Assembly: GCA_046331665.1 (NCBI GenBank)
Contig: JAXLQK010000013.1
Location: 56,220-120,219, forward strand
Source of the DNA: Terriglobia bacterium
Lineage (GTDB): Bacteria > Acidobacteriota > Terriglobia > Versatilivoradales > Versatilivoraceae
Reading direction: 5' to 3'
DNA length: 64,000 nt
Position 1 is the first letter of the stretch. Each line of letters starts with the position of its first letter. The notes under the pieces were generated by a model, which saw only the letters and a list, made by a program, of their open reading frames with translations, did no database searches and had not been told where the DNA came from. A program made the position numbers and the translations under genes. Positions 38,987-48,132 of the stretch are shown here, piece after piece.

Positions 38987-39060
38987 ATACGAAGATTCTG
39001 TCGCCTTGTAAAGCAAAATTGCAATGAGATTCTGCCGGTCCGTTGCCGACGGGAGAACCC

Positions 39061-39840
39061 ATGAAACGCGCCCCCATTAAAGCACCCTCCACTCACGCGA
39101 TCGAGGCTATCAAGCCCGTCGTTCGCACTTCCCTGAGCGACGAGATTGTGGAGCGAATGATTGCCCTGATCTCGGAAGGCATCCTGAAACCCGGGCAACG
39201 ATTGCCTGCGGAGAAGGATCTGGCCGTCCAGTTTGGAGTGGGACGAACAACCATTCGCGAGGCGCTGCGCTCCCTGGCCGTGCTGGGCATTGTCGACGGC
39301 CGCGTTGGCGAAGGAACTTTCGTTTCCAGCACAAACCGACGCTACCTCGAAAAGGCGCTGCAGTGGGGCTTGCTGATCGACCAGAAAGACGTCCATGATC
39401 TCATTGAAACCCGGCTCCTGCTCGAATCGCAAACGGCTTTTTCCGCGGCGCAACGGGCCGCCCCGCATCAGCTTCAAGAAATTGGAGATGCCATCAAGGG
39501 CATGGAACGGTCGGTCAACGATCCTGCCAGCTACCTGAAATTTGACCTGGAATTTCATCTCTCGGTCGCTCGTGCCAGCCAAAACTCGATCCTGTATCAC
39601 CTCGTAAGCATGACGCGGGGCTATCTGCAATCCTGGATTCAACGCAGTCTTGCCATGCCAACTCCCCGCAGAACTCAGCGGCGCACCGAAATCTCCATCC
39701 AGGAACATCGGCGCATCCTGCGAGCCATCCAGAACCGGGAGGCGGAACAGGCCCGCCAGGCCATGAGTGAGCATATCCTCTCGAGCAGCGGGGACCTCCA
39801 GTCCCGCCTGGCCGGGAGAAAGAAAACTCGAAAGGAGTAG
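39061..39840 (+). CDS. GntR/FadR-family transcriptional regulator (wHTH plus FCD domain)
   Basis: From ATG at 39061: ...GQRLPAEKDLAVQFGVGRTTIREALRSLAVLGIV..., followed by a helical FCD-type domain. Confidence 0.85.
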   Translation: MKRAPIKAPSTHAIEAIKPVVRTSLSDEIVERMIALISEGILKPGQRLPAEKDLAVQFGVGRTTIREALRSLAVLGIVDGRVGEGTFVSSTNRRYLEKALQWGLLIDQKDVHDLIETRLLLESQTAFSAAQRAAPHQLQEIGDAIKGMERSVNDPASYLKFDLEFHLSVARASQNSILYHLVSMTRGYLQSWIQRSLAMPTPRRTQRRTEISIQEHRRILRAIQNREAEQARQAMSEHILSSSGDLQSRLAGRKKTRKE

Positions 39841-39847
39841 GTCACCC

Positions 39848-40703
39848 ATGAGGCCGACAGCAAAATTGCTCGTGGCTTGCCAGGATCAGAAAGGGCTGGT
39901 GGCACGCATCTCAGATTTCATCTACCGGCGCGGCGGCAACATCCTCGATTTTGACCACCATACCGACCTTGAAGCGGGGATTTTCCTGGCGCGGATTGAA
40001 TGGGAGCTCGAACACTTTCAAATCCCCGCCTCCCAGATTGGCGAGGCGTTTTCGAGCCTGGCATCCGAATTCCAGATTCGCTACGAAGTCTTCCTAAGTA
40101 CCCAAACTCCCAGGATCGCGATCTTCGCTTCGAAACTTCCCCATTGCCTGGTGGATCTCCTCTTACGGCATCAGGCGGGTGAATTCCGAGCCGACATTGC
40201 CCTGATCGTCAGCAATCATTCAAGTGTCGGGGAAATCGCCACATCGTTCGCAATTCCATTCAAGCATTTCCCTGTGACGGCTGAAAACAAGGCGCAACAG
40301 GAAGAAGCCCAGGTGCGGGAGGTTCGGCAGCGGGAAATTGAACTGATCGTCCTGGCACGCTATATGCAGATTCTCAGTGACCGGTTTGTCTCCTCTTTTC
40401 CGAACCGCATCATTAACATCCATCATTCTTTCCTGCCGGCTTTCATAGGAGCGGCCCCGTACCACCAAGCCTTTGCACGGGGAGTCAAACTCATTGGAGC
40501 CACGGCCCACTATGTGACTTCAGTCCTCGACGATGGCCCTATTATCGAACAGGAAACAGCACGCATCAGCCATCGAGACCCGTCGACGATCTGATTCGAA
40601 AAGGGCGCGATTTGGAGAAATCTGTCCTGGCCCGAGCGGTGCGCCTCCACTTGCTGAGAAAAGTCCCGTTCCTTACGGGAACAAAACCGTCGTCTTCGAC
40701 TAA
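39848..40703 (+). pseudogene. purU: Formyltetrahydrofolate deformylase, C-terminus split by two 1-nt deletions
   Basis: MRPTAKLLVACQDQKGLVARISDF... (ACT) plus a formyltransferase domain. The frames join as ...ISHRD / PVDDLIRKGRDLEKSVLARAVRLHLLRKV / ..YGNKTVVFD*. The shifts are at the CCC runs 40579-40581 and 40665-40667. Length is 856 nt (858 minus 2). Confidence 0.8.
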
Positions 40704-40909
40704 ATCGATTTCTCGCCGCGGCGCACCCCAGCCACACTGTCTTCCGCGGCTTCATTGGCTATTGCAAGAGGCTGCTTATTCCCCCTTTGTGGGGAAGGAT
40801 CGGCCTGGAAAGTAGCAAGGCAAATCGGGTAGCATTAAATTGTCCCTTCTTTTTCCGGAGAGGCGCATGTCCAAAGCAACTTTGGCAATCCATGGAGAAG
40901 GAGATTCCT

Positions 40910-42310
40910 ATGAAACGAAAATCCGCTAAAACGAATCGAGCTCACGGTAAAGCCGCGCTGGCTCTAATTGCCGCGGTCCTCTTGCTGGGTCAGCCCTTGT
41001 TGGCACAACACAAGTTGAAGCCCGGGTTCAACCTTTTTTCCAAAGAACAGGATGTCCAACTGGGCAAAGAGGCTGCCACTCAAGTCGAAAAGCAGATGCA
41101 GGTGATCAAGGATCCGGATCTGAACAATTTCATTAACGGGATCACGAAGAGGCTGATAGCGGTACCGGAAGCTGACGCTCAATCGTTCCAATATTCATTC
41201 AAGGTCGTGAACGAGAAGAGCATCAACGCCTTCGCCTTACCGGGAGGCCCGGCCTTTGTTCATACCGGATTGATTACTGCCGCCGACAATGAAGCCCAAA
41301 TCGCCGGGGTATTGGCGCATGAAATCTCCCACGTCGCCTTGCGTCACGGGACAAACCAAGTGTCCAAGGCCAATCTGCTTCAAATCCCTGCCATGCTGGG
41401 AGGAGCGATCGCCGGAGGTTCGATATTGGGACAGCTCGCTCAGATTGGAATTGGGCTCGGAGCCAATTCGATGCTTTTGAAGTTTTCCAGAAATGCTGAA
41501 AGAGATGCAGACCTCCTCGGGGCGAAAATAATGGCCTCCGCCGGGTATGACCCCATGGAAATGGCCCGATTCTTCGAGAAGCTTGAAGCCGAAGGAGGGC
41601 CTCGCTCGGCTTTTGAACAATTCTTATCTGACCATCCCAATCCCGGAAACCGGGTAAAGGCTGTTGAAGAAGAAATGCAAACCTTCCCCAAGAAGACATA
41701 CCTCACCGACAATAACCAACTCCCCCGCATGAAACAGATCATTGCGAAACTCCCGCCTCCGCCTGCCAAGCCCACCAGCGGTCAAGGCGAAGTCACCGCT
41801 CCCATTCCCACTCCCAACATCCAGCTCACGGGAAAAATGAAGGACTACCAGGGCTCAGGTTATTCGATCTCTTATCCGGATTCCTGGCAGGTCCTGCAAG
41901 ACAAAAATTCATCCGAAGTGACGGTGACAGCACGGGAAGGAGTGATCCAGAGCCAGGAAGGAGGGGTCTCCATCGGCTTCGGGGTCATGATCAACCAGAT
42001 TCAGCCACGGTCAGGGCAGATCAACCTCGACCAGGACACCGATCAACTGGTTCGCCAATTACTGCAAATGAATCCGGGGATGAAGATAAGTCAAAATAGC
42101 CGTCGAATCAAGGTGGCGGGCCAGAACGCGTTACAGACAACGCTCGTTTCGTCTTCCCCCTATCAAGGAGAAACAGAAGTCGACACCCTCATTACCATTG
42201 CACGGCCGCGAGGCCTTTTTTATCTGGTTTTTGTCGCGCCTCAATCTCGAATGAATCAGGTGGATAAAGCGTTTCAGTCGATGCTTCGTTCCCTTCGTTT
42301 AAGCTCCTAG
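40910..42310 (+). CDS. Secreted M48-family zinc metallopeptidase with C-terminal extension
   Basis: From ATG at 40910 there is a signal peptide (ALALIAAVLLLGQPLLAQ) and the HExxH motif AHEISHVALRH. Confidence 0.8.
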   Translation: MKRKSAKTNRAHGKAALALIAAVLLLGQPLLAQHKLKPGFNLFSKEQDVQLGKEAATQVEKQMQVIKDPDLNNFINGITKRLIAVPEADAQSFQYSFKVVNEKSINAFALPGGPAFVHTGLITAADNEAQIAGVLAHEISHVALRHGTNQVSKANLLQIPAMLGGAIAGGSILGQLAQIGIGLGANSMLLKFSRNAERDADLLGAKIMASAGYDPMEMARFFEKLEAEGGPRSAFEQFLSDHPNPGNRVKAVEEEMQTFPKKTYLTDNNQLPRMKQIIAKLPPPPAKPTSGQGEVTAPIPTPNIQLTGKMKDYQGSGYSISYPDSWQVLQDKNSSEVTVTAREGVIQSQEGGVSIGFGVMINQIQPRSGQINLDQDTDQLVRQLLQMNPGMKISQNSRRIKVAGQNALQTTLVSSSPYQGETEVDTLITIARPRGLFYLVFVAPQSRMNQVDKAFQSMLRSLRLSS

Positions 42311-42381
42311 CGGGCAATCTCCGCTCGCTGGCTTCCTGAGGATGGCTGGGACGTGCTCCTCCGCTATTAGAGGTTACCCCC

Positions 42382-42402
42382 CCGAGGTCACCATGACCTC
42401 GG
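42382..42402. terminator. Hairpin between convergent genes (possible bidirectional terminator)
   Basis: CCGAGGTCA-CCA-TGACCTCGG is a 9-bp perfect stem. The flanking T-tract is weak. Confidence 0.35.
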
Positions 42403-42542
42403 CTTGGCCTCAAATTTCATTTTGGGAGCTTCTCAGAGGACCAAAGAGACAGTTTGGATCAGGCGGCTGACACCGTTCGAGTTGCTTAAGGCAAGAAGAA
42501 CTGGCGAGACATGATAATTGAGTTCGAAGCGGCGGGTTGACG

Positions 42543-43721
42543 CTATTCGGCGAGAACAACCTGTTCGATATGAGAACCAGTATGAATGCGCTCCTTGCGG
42601 CCTACAGCATCGAGCCTGTAGATCGCACTCCCGTTAGAGTAAAGCACGGTGCCATCCTCCGACAGGTCATAGGATAGGACTCCGCGGGCAAGAACCTGAG
42701 AAGGTCTTCCGGGTGGTTGACGGATGAGTTGCCATGACTGCGGGACGAGTGCCGGGACATCATCGCTCTGGGTTTCACGCGAGATTTTTTGCGCATCGAT
42801 CTGGTTCCCGAGAATCAACATTTGTTTGAGATCCACTTCTTTTCCCCTGGCATCTCCCGCCGAGGTCAGCGGTTTGCCGGTGTAGCGGACCGTAAAGAAG
42901 TTGAGCCACTGAAAGAGCGCATGAAAGAGATTCACCGGGAGCATCACCAAATCCAGGATGGCCCGGATGGGACTGAATCCTTGCCGCGGCTTCTCGTAAG
43001 GCCGGCGGATGGTGTACAGCGTTCCCTTGGCGTCGAGGCGAGGCGCCAGGAAATCAAACTTAGGATCTTCCGCCAGGTTAGACATCTCCCCGGTCGTGAG
43101 ATCCAGGCGCTGAATGACGTAAGGACCGCGCATCATCAATCGCCCCTGCACATCGCGACCCATGCCGGCCGATTGGAAAACGATTGTGCGTGAAGACCCC
43201 GGCACCCAGGACGGGGCGAGATCAGAGGAATCCCCTTCCGTAATCTCCGTCAACTCCGAACCATCGGCGCGCATGGTTGCCAAATTGGCAACACTCTCCG
43301 GGTAGAGGATGGAACATACGATCAAATCCGTTTCCCGGCTGGCGCAGGGGTTAGTCACGCGGAAGTCCGAACTATGGAACAATCGCTGTTCAATCTCGCC
43401 GGAATCCCTCAAGGCAAAGATTCCGCAAACGTCGTCTGTTTCCAGGGTATAGAGCAATTCGCCGGATTCCCGACCTCGCGACAGTCCTGAGATACCCACT
43501 CGCAGTTGGGCGGGATCCCGCCCTTGATTCCCCCAAAGCAGTCCTCCAGACATGAATTGCGCCCCGCTGCCTTGAGTCTTCCAGCTGTTCTTCTGGTAGA
43601 GTCGAATGGCACGTTCGCGCACGTCCAAGCCAAACTTGCTTTCCACTGTCCGGACCGGCAAGTCACCAAACTTGAAACATATCTTCGCCTGGCATAGATA
43701 AGCAAAACCAGCCATAGTCAA
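42543..43721 (-). CDS. Hypothetical protein with PD40/TolB-like beta-propeller features
   Basis: 392-aa ORF with SDLAPSWVPGSSRTIVFQS-type repeats and an internal hydrophobic stretch (ILDLVMLPVNLFHALFQWLNFFTV). Confidence 0.45.
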   Translation of the reverse strand: MTMAGFAYLCQAKICFKFGDLPVRTVESKFGLDVRERAIRLYQKNSWKTQGSGAQFMSGGLLWGNQGRDPAQLRVGISGLSRGRESGELLYTLETDDVCGIFALRDSGEIEQRLFHSSDFRVTNPCASRETDLIVCSILYPESVANLATMRADGSELTEITEGDSSDLAPSWVPGSSRTIVFQSAGMGRDVQGRLMMRGPYVIQRLDLTTGEMSNLAEDPKFDFLAPRLDAKGTLYTIRRPYEKPRQGFSPIRAILDLVMLPVNLFHALFQWLNFFTVRYTGKPLTSAGDARGKEVDLKQMLILGNQIDAQKISRETQSDDVPALVPQSWQLIRQPPGRPSQVLARGVLSYDLSEDGTVLYSNGSAIYRLDAVGRKERIHTGSHIEQVVLAE

Positions 43722-43970
43722 CGAGTCCTCTTGAATTCAAAAGGGCATCACTTAATCTCTATCGGCTCCCTTCCCCTCTTATTTTAAGAATTCCCGGCTT
43801 GCCTCCTGTCGGCAGGAAGCCCCTCCCAACCAATCTTCCTTTTCTGGGACAACACCCGCCAAGGCCTCATGATTTGGCGGAACGGGCTAATGGATTACCG
43901 GCAATAGAACGAAAAGTCTTTTAGGAAAGAATTCATTCCAGGGATCTTAAGTACATCTGACGGAATCGGA

Positions 43971-45041
43971 ATGACAAGACCAACAGAAGCCAGTACAGCG
44001 ATTAAGAGCTGGTGGGACCATCACCATGAGGCAGACACGGTCCTTTGGTTGACCGGAAGCCACGGGAGACAGGTTTGGGAGCCACTCAAGGTTCTAAATA
44101 GAGTGCGTCCAGGAAATTTGGTTCTGAACATCGGCGTGGGTCTCGGCTACTGCACGCGGGACCTGGTGATGCAGGGAGCCCAAGTTCATGTGCTTGACAT
44201 TTCGGAAGTGGCCCTCAATCGAGTCCGGGGAATCGTCAAGAAGTGCTGGCTGGCAAGCCAATTGAATGATCTTCCAGCCGGGACCTATGACCTGGCCATT
44301 TCCCATCTCGTGACGCAGCACATGAGAAATCAAGACCTGACGCGACAAATGATGGCTGTCGTTCAAAGCCTAAAAGAAAACGGCGTGTTCGCCATGCAGT
44401 TTGCGTTTCCAACCAATTCGCCTGCCAGTGACTACCGTATCGACGAGAGCGAAGCCTCCATCCGGGGAGGCCTTGTCTTTCGCCCTTTTCTGGCGATGGA
44501 GAAAATCGTCAAAGCGGCAGGCGGAAAAATTGTCTGGGCAAAGAAATTGGGTATTTACGAACCCTGCGGCTGGTATGGCGTTCACATCATCAAAGATGAA
44601 GAGGCCAGCCTGAGCGCATACCTGTTGGAACAGCACCATCAAGCTGAGCTTGATTTTCTTGAAGAAATGGCTAATGAGCAGTTGGCAAACCGGGACTACG
44701 GGGCTGCGGCCGACGCTTTCACACGAATCCTGAAAGTACAACCAGCCTCGGCGACCGCTCATCATAAGCTTGGGATAGCCAATCGGCGACAAGGTAGTCT
44801 CGACCAAGCGTTTTACCATTTCCTGGAGGCATTGAAATACGATCCCCTGAACCGGGAAATCTTGAAAGAGGTTACGGAAGTTTCCCAGCCGCTGGGGCTT
44901 GCTTCCTACGCCAGAGAAATCGTCAACGCCTTTCTGGAACAGTTTCCCGGAGATCCAGAGATCAAAGGGCTCCTGGCCAGTCTTGAAAAGACTCAGCGGG
45001 ATCCTGTACTCACGATAGTTTCGTCTGGTCAGGTCAGGTAG
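43971..45041 (+). CDS. Class I SAM-dependent methyltransferase fused to C-terminal TPR repeats
   Basis: 356-aa ORF with VLNIGVGLGY (motif I) and C-terminal TPR-like units (AADAFTRILKVQPASATAHHKLGIANRRQGSLDQAFYHFLEALKYDP). Confidence 0.75.
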   Translation: MTRPTEASTAIKSWWDHHHEADTVLWLTGSHGRQVWEPLKVLNRVRPGNLVLNIGVGLGYCTRDLVMQGAQVHVLDISEVALNRVRGIVKKCWLASQLNDLPAGTYDLAISHLVTQHMRNQDLTRQMMAVVQSLKENGVFAMQFAFPTNSPASDYRIDESEASIRGGLVFRPFLAMEKIVKAAGGKIVWAKKLGIYEPCGWYGVHIIKDEEASLSAYLLEQHHQAELDFLEEMANEQLANRDYGAAADAFTRILKVQPASATAHHKLGIANRRQGSLDQAFYHFLEALKYDPLNREILKEVTEVSQPLGLASYAREIVNAFLEQFPGDPEIKGLLASLEKTQRDPVLTIVSSGQVR

Positions 45042-45080
45042 TTTTTGACAGAAAACTTGTTTGTGTTCACGAAAAGTGAA

Positions 45081-46446
45081 CTACGAAGTGGCAAGAATTG
45101 CCTGCTTGGCCTCCTGGCTTGCTTCCAAGGTCAAATCCTTCTCGCCGAATTGGACACCGATTTTTCGAAGAAAATCATTCGGAGGCTCCCCTCCTGCAAA
45201 AATCCAGACGTAATCGTTGCGAATTTCCAGGAGTTCGCCGTTAACATCGAGCTCCACTGAATCCTCTTTGATCTCCCGGGGGCTTGAGTTGAAAACGACT
45301 TGAACCGTCCCGGCGTTGATGCATTCGGTGAGGCGGCTGGCATTCCTTTCTTTGAGGCGCGTAAAGGATCCTTTCCGGTAGGAAAGGACGACCTTGTTTC
45401 CTTTCTGGCTTCCCAGCCCCATGGCCGCTTCTATAGCGCTATCCCCTCCTCCGACCACCAGGATCTTCTTGTTGATGTAGTGATCCGCCTCAATCAGACG
45501 GTACATGACTTTTGACAGCTCCTCGCCCTGGATGCCCAACTTGCGGGGAGTTCCGGTTCTCCCCAAAGCCAAGACCACCGCCCGGGCCCGGTAAATTCCC
45601 AGGGTGGTCTTGATCTGGAATACCCCATCCGCACCCTTCTGAATGTCTTCGACGCTTTCCTTAGCGCGAACTTTGAACTCGGCTCTCCCCAGGATTGAAT
45701 TCCAAAACGCGAGCAGGTCTTCTTTGCTGAGCTCCGTCTTCTTGAATTTTCCGGAAAGGGGAAATTCGACCGGGCTTGGTCATGACGAGCTTTTGGCGGG
45801 GATACTTTGAGACAGTGCCTCCAACTTCGTCCCGCTCAATGGTCAAGTAATTTAGTTTCTTCTCGATGGCCCGAAGGGAGGCGCTAATCCCCGCCGGCCC
45901 GGCACCAATGATCAGCACGTCGAAAATATCTGGGGTGCCTCTTGGTCCTCCCAAGCCGTTCAGTCGCGTGGCAATCGTATCAACGCAATCACGTCCCTGA
46001 TTCACTGCATTCTTGATCAAGGCTAATCCACCAAGTTCCCCGGCAATGAATAGATTCTCGATGCTCGTCTCGTACTCGGAAGTCAAGAAAGGCAGGTCGG
46101 CACTCATGCTGGGGGCGGCCATCACCATGGAGATCGCACCGACAGGGCATGCTTCGGCGCAGAGACTATGCCCGATACATTTATACCCGTTCACGATGAC
46201 GGCCTTCCCACCCAGCATGGCCAAAACGTCCCCCTCCGGGCACACGACGGTACAACTCTGGCACCCAATACAATGGGTTGTGTTGATGTGGGGGTGCTGA
46301 GCTCGGGGTCCTTCGGAATAGAGCTTTCCCTTCTCTGCGGCCTCTTGCGCCCGCCGTTCCCTTTGCCTGAGGCTCCGCAGATAAAGGATCATCGGCACAA
46401 CAAGAACGAGCCCGCAAAAAAGATAAGTCAAGAAATTCTCAGTCAT
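45081..46446 (-). pseudogene. Membrane-anchored 2x[4Fe-4S] ferredoxin / FAD-NAD(P) oxidoreductase (thioredoxin-reductase-like), split by a 1-nt insertion
   Basis: CIGCQSCTVVCP and CIGHSLCAEACP, then VLIIGAGPAGISA ... ILVVGGGDSAIEAA. The frames join as ...KLVMTKP / VEFPLSGKFKKTELSKEDLL... at 45770-45774. Length is 1366 nt (1365 plus 1). Confidence 0.75.
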
Positions 46447-46756
46447 TGTCTAAATGGAGAGCAAAGATCACTGGCCCACGTCCTCTCTCTCTTCCGTGGG
46501 CACTGCTTTTGCGCGAGTTCGCCGGTATTCATTGGCGGCAATGGGTAGTTGCTGATTTAAAGAATAGGATCCCGGTTACCCCTATCTATTTTTCGGTAAA
46601 ATGGGATGAGATCTTTCGCAATATGAAGGCGAATTGGAATGTGAAACCAGGATACACCCCAGCCACCCCGCTGAATGGTGCTAACCTGCGCCATGAGCAT
46701 GTGTGCGAAAATCTTTGGTTAGACCATTCGCGCCAAGATTGATTTGTCCCGAGAAA

Positions 46757-46970
46757 ATCCCCGTAGGGGATCGACTTGAGTAGCCCCGGGTCGCGCGTCA
46801 GCGCTACCCGGGGGGAAATTCACGCCACCCATACCCGACCCTGGAGGGGTCGAACTAGATGTCCCTTCAACCCCTCCGGGGTTGGACGTTGAACCATCTG
46901 CTTACCGTGGGTTTCGCCCCGCGTTGCTTTGCTACACCCACGGCTACTCATATTCGTCCCCTTCGGGGAC
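46757..46970. repeat. Cluster of six perfect GC-rich stem-loops in a non-coding gap
   Basis: The six hairpins are:
- 46757-46771: ATCCCC-GTA-GGGGAT
- 46784-46813: CCCCGGGT...ACCCGGGG
- 46836-46852: CGACCC-TGGAG-GGGTCG
- 46868-46884: CAACCCC-TCC-GGGGTTG
- 46905-46943: CCGTGGGT...ACCCACGG
- 46956-46970: GTCCCC-TTC-GGGGAC. Confidence 0.5.
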
Positions 46971-47434
46971 ATGAGTCAAGTAAGACAATGCAACGGGGAA
47001 AAGAACGATCTCAGGCATATTCATGAAAGAAAGTTAGATGGGATGCCAGCAAGCTGGCATTCCGGAAAGCGGAAGCAAGCTCATGCACTCCAAGATACAA
47101 GCCTAACAATCACCTCGCCTGCGATGATCAAGAGGACATAAACAACAGGCTGGTTTAATGCCACAGACCGCTCCTCTGGAGCTTCGCGGATTGTATACTC
47201 TAGCTCGCTACATACAGAAGGCTCCTACGGAGCCCACGACGCCCTGGAGAACTCAAGAGAACGAATCTCCATCCCAATCAAGCCGCAACTTTCCCGCAAA
47301 TCTCTTACCCCCCACTGCGGAACCCCATCTTCATCGTTGAAATCTCCTCCCCCCTATGACACGATCTTCGCCGTCAATGCCCTGCAGCAGCTGGTCGATT
47401 TGCCCTCTGACTCATTGTCAACAGGAGCCTGCAA

Positions 47435-48100
47435 ATGTCCACAGGACAGTATGAGGCCAAGCAGCACTACCAGGATCCGGCCGTTGCCAACGCGTATGAG
47501 GAACAAAGGTTTCGCGGCTGGGGGGGTCGATTTGTTGAACGGGCTGAACGCCGCTTGCTGGAGCAGTTTCTCGTCAGCCATTGTCGGGCCGGAGAGACCG
47601 TGCTGGATGTTCCTTGCGGTACGGGGAGGTTTCTGGACATTTACAGTGCAGCAGGGCTACAGGTGTTCGGCTGTGATATCTCAAATCAAATGCTCGCCAA
47701 GGCCCGGCAGCGAATCGTGAATGGCCGGGAGTCTCGTTTTGTAGTGGCCGAAGCCGAGCGACTCGGATTTAAGGACAACTCGTTCGATTACCTTGTCTCG
47801 TTTCGATTTATTCTCCATTTACCCGCCGAGGTACGTCGCCTGGTTCTTTCCGAAATGGTCAGGGTCACGCGGCGGACGTTGGCCATTAATTTTTACTTCA
47901 GCTACCCTACGCCTGTTTTGTTAATCAATCAGTTGTTTCGCCGGAAGGAGAGTATCCCTCCGCATCGGTTTCGCGAAAGCCGGTTGGCGGCGGAATTTGA
48001 GGGGTTGGGGGTTGAGATCAGGGAAGTCCACAAACTGAGCTGGTTCGACCGCAACTGGGCGCTTGTAATCTTGGAAAGACACCGCGGAAAACAAACCTGA
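47435..48100 (+). CDS. Class I SAM-dependent methyltransferase
   Basis: 221-aa ORF with VLDVPCGTGRF (motif I) and a Methyltransf_11-like layout. Confidence 0.8.
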   Translation: MSTGQYEAKQHYQDPAVANAYEEQRFRGWGGRFVERAERRLLEQFLVSHCRAGETVLDVPCGTGRFLDIYSAAGLQVFGCDISNQMLAKARQRIVNGRESRFVVAEAERLGFKDNSFDYLVSFRFILHLPAEVRRLVLSEMVRVTRRTLAINFYFSYPTPVLLINQLFRRKESIPPHRFRESRLAAEFEGLGVEIREVHKLSWFDRNWALVILERHRGKQT

Positions 48101-48132
48101 TACTGACCTCGGCGCGGTGAGGCATCCTACCC

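Noticed and set aside
38873-39060. Possible cobalamin riboswitch ahead of the corrinoid operon
   Set aside because: I found no B12-box-like sequence or the multi-stem architecture. The region is better explained by the palindromic operator.
38869-39849. 326-aa ORF on the minus strand
   Set aside because: It lies entirely antisense to the well-supported GntR/FadR regulator gene. Its composition is low-complexity and Gly/Arg/Leu-rich with no motifs. It is an artefact of the GC-rich opposite strand.
46446-47720. ORFs of 60-127 aa inside the gene desert (46446-46742, 46929-47141, 47158-47340, 47337-47720)
   Set aside because: None has motifs or ribosome-binding sites. They read through palindromic hairpins, giving Pro/Gly/Arg-rich strings. 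The last one overlaps the real methyltransferase gene out of frame.
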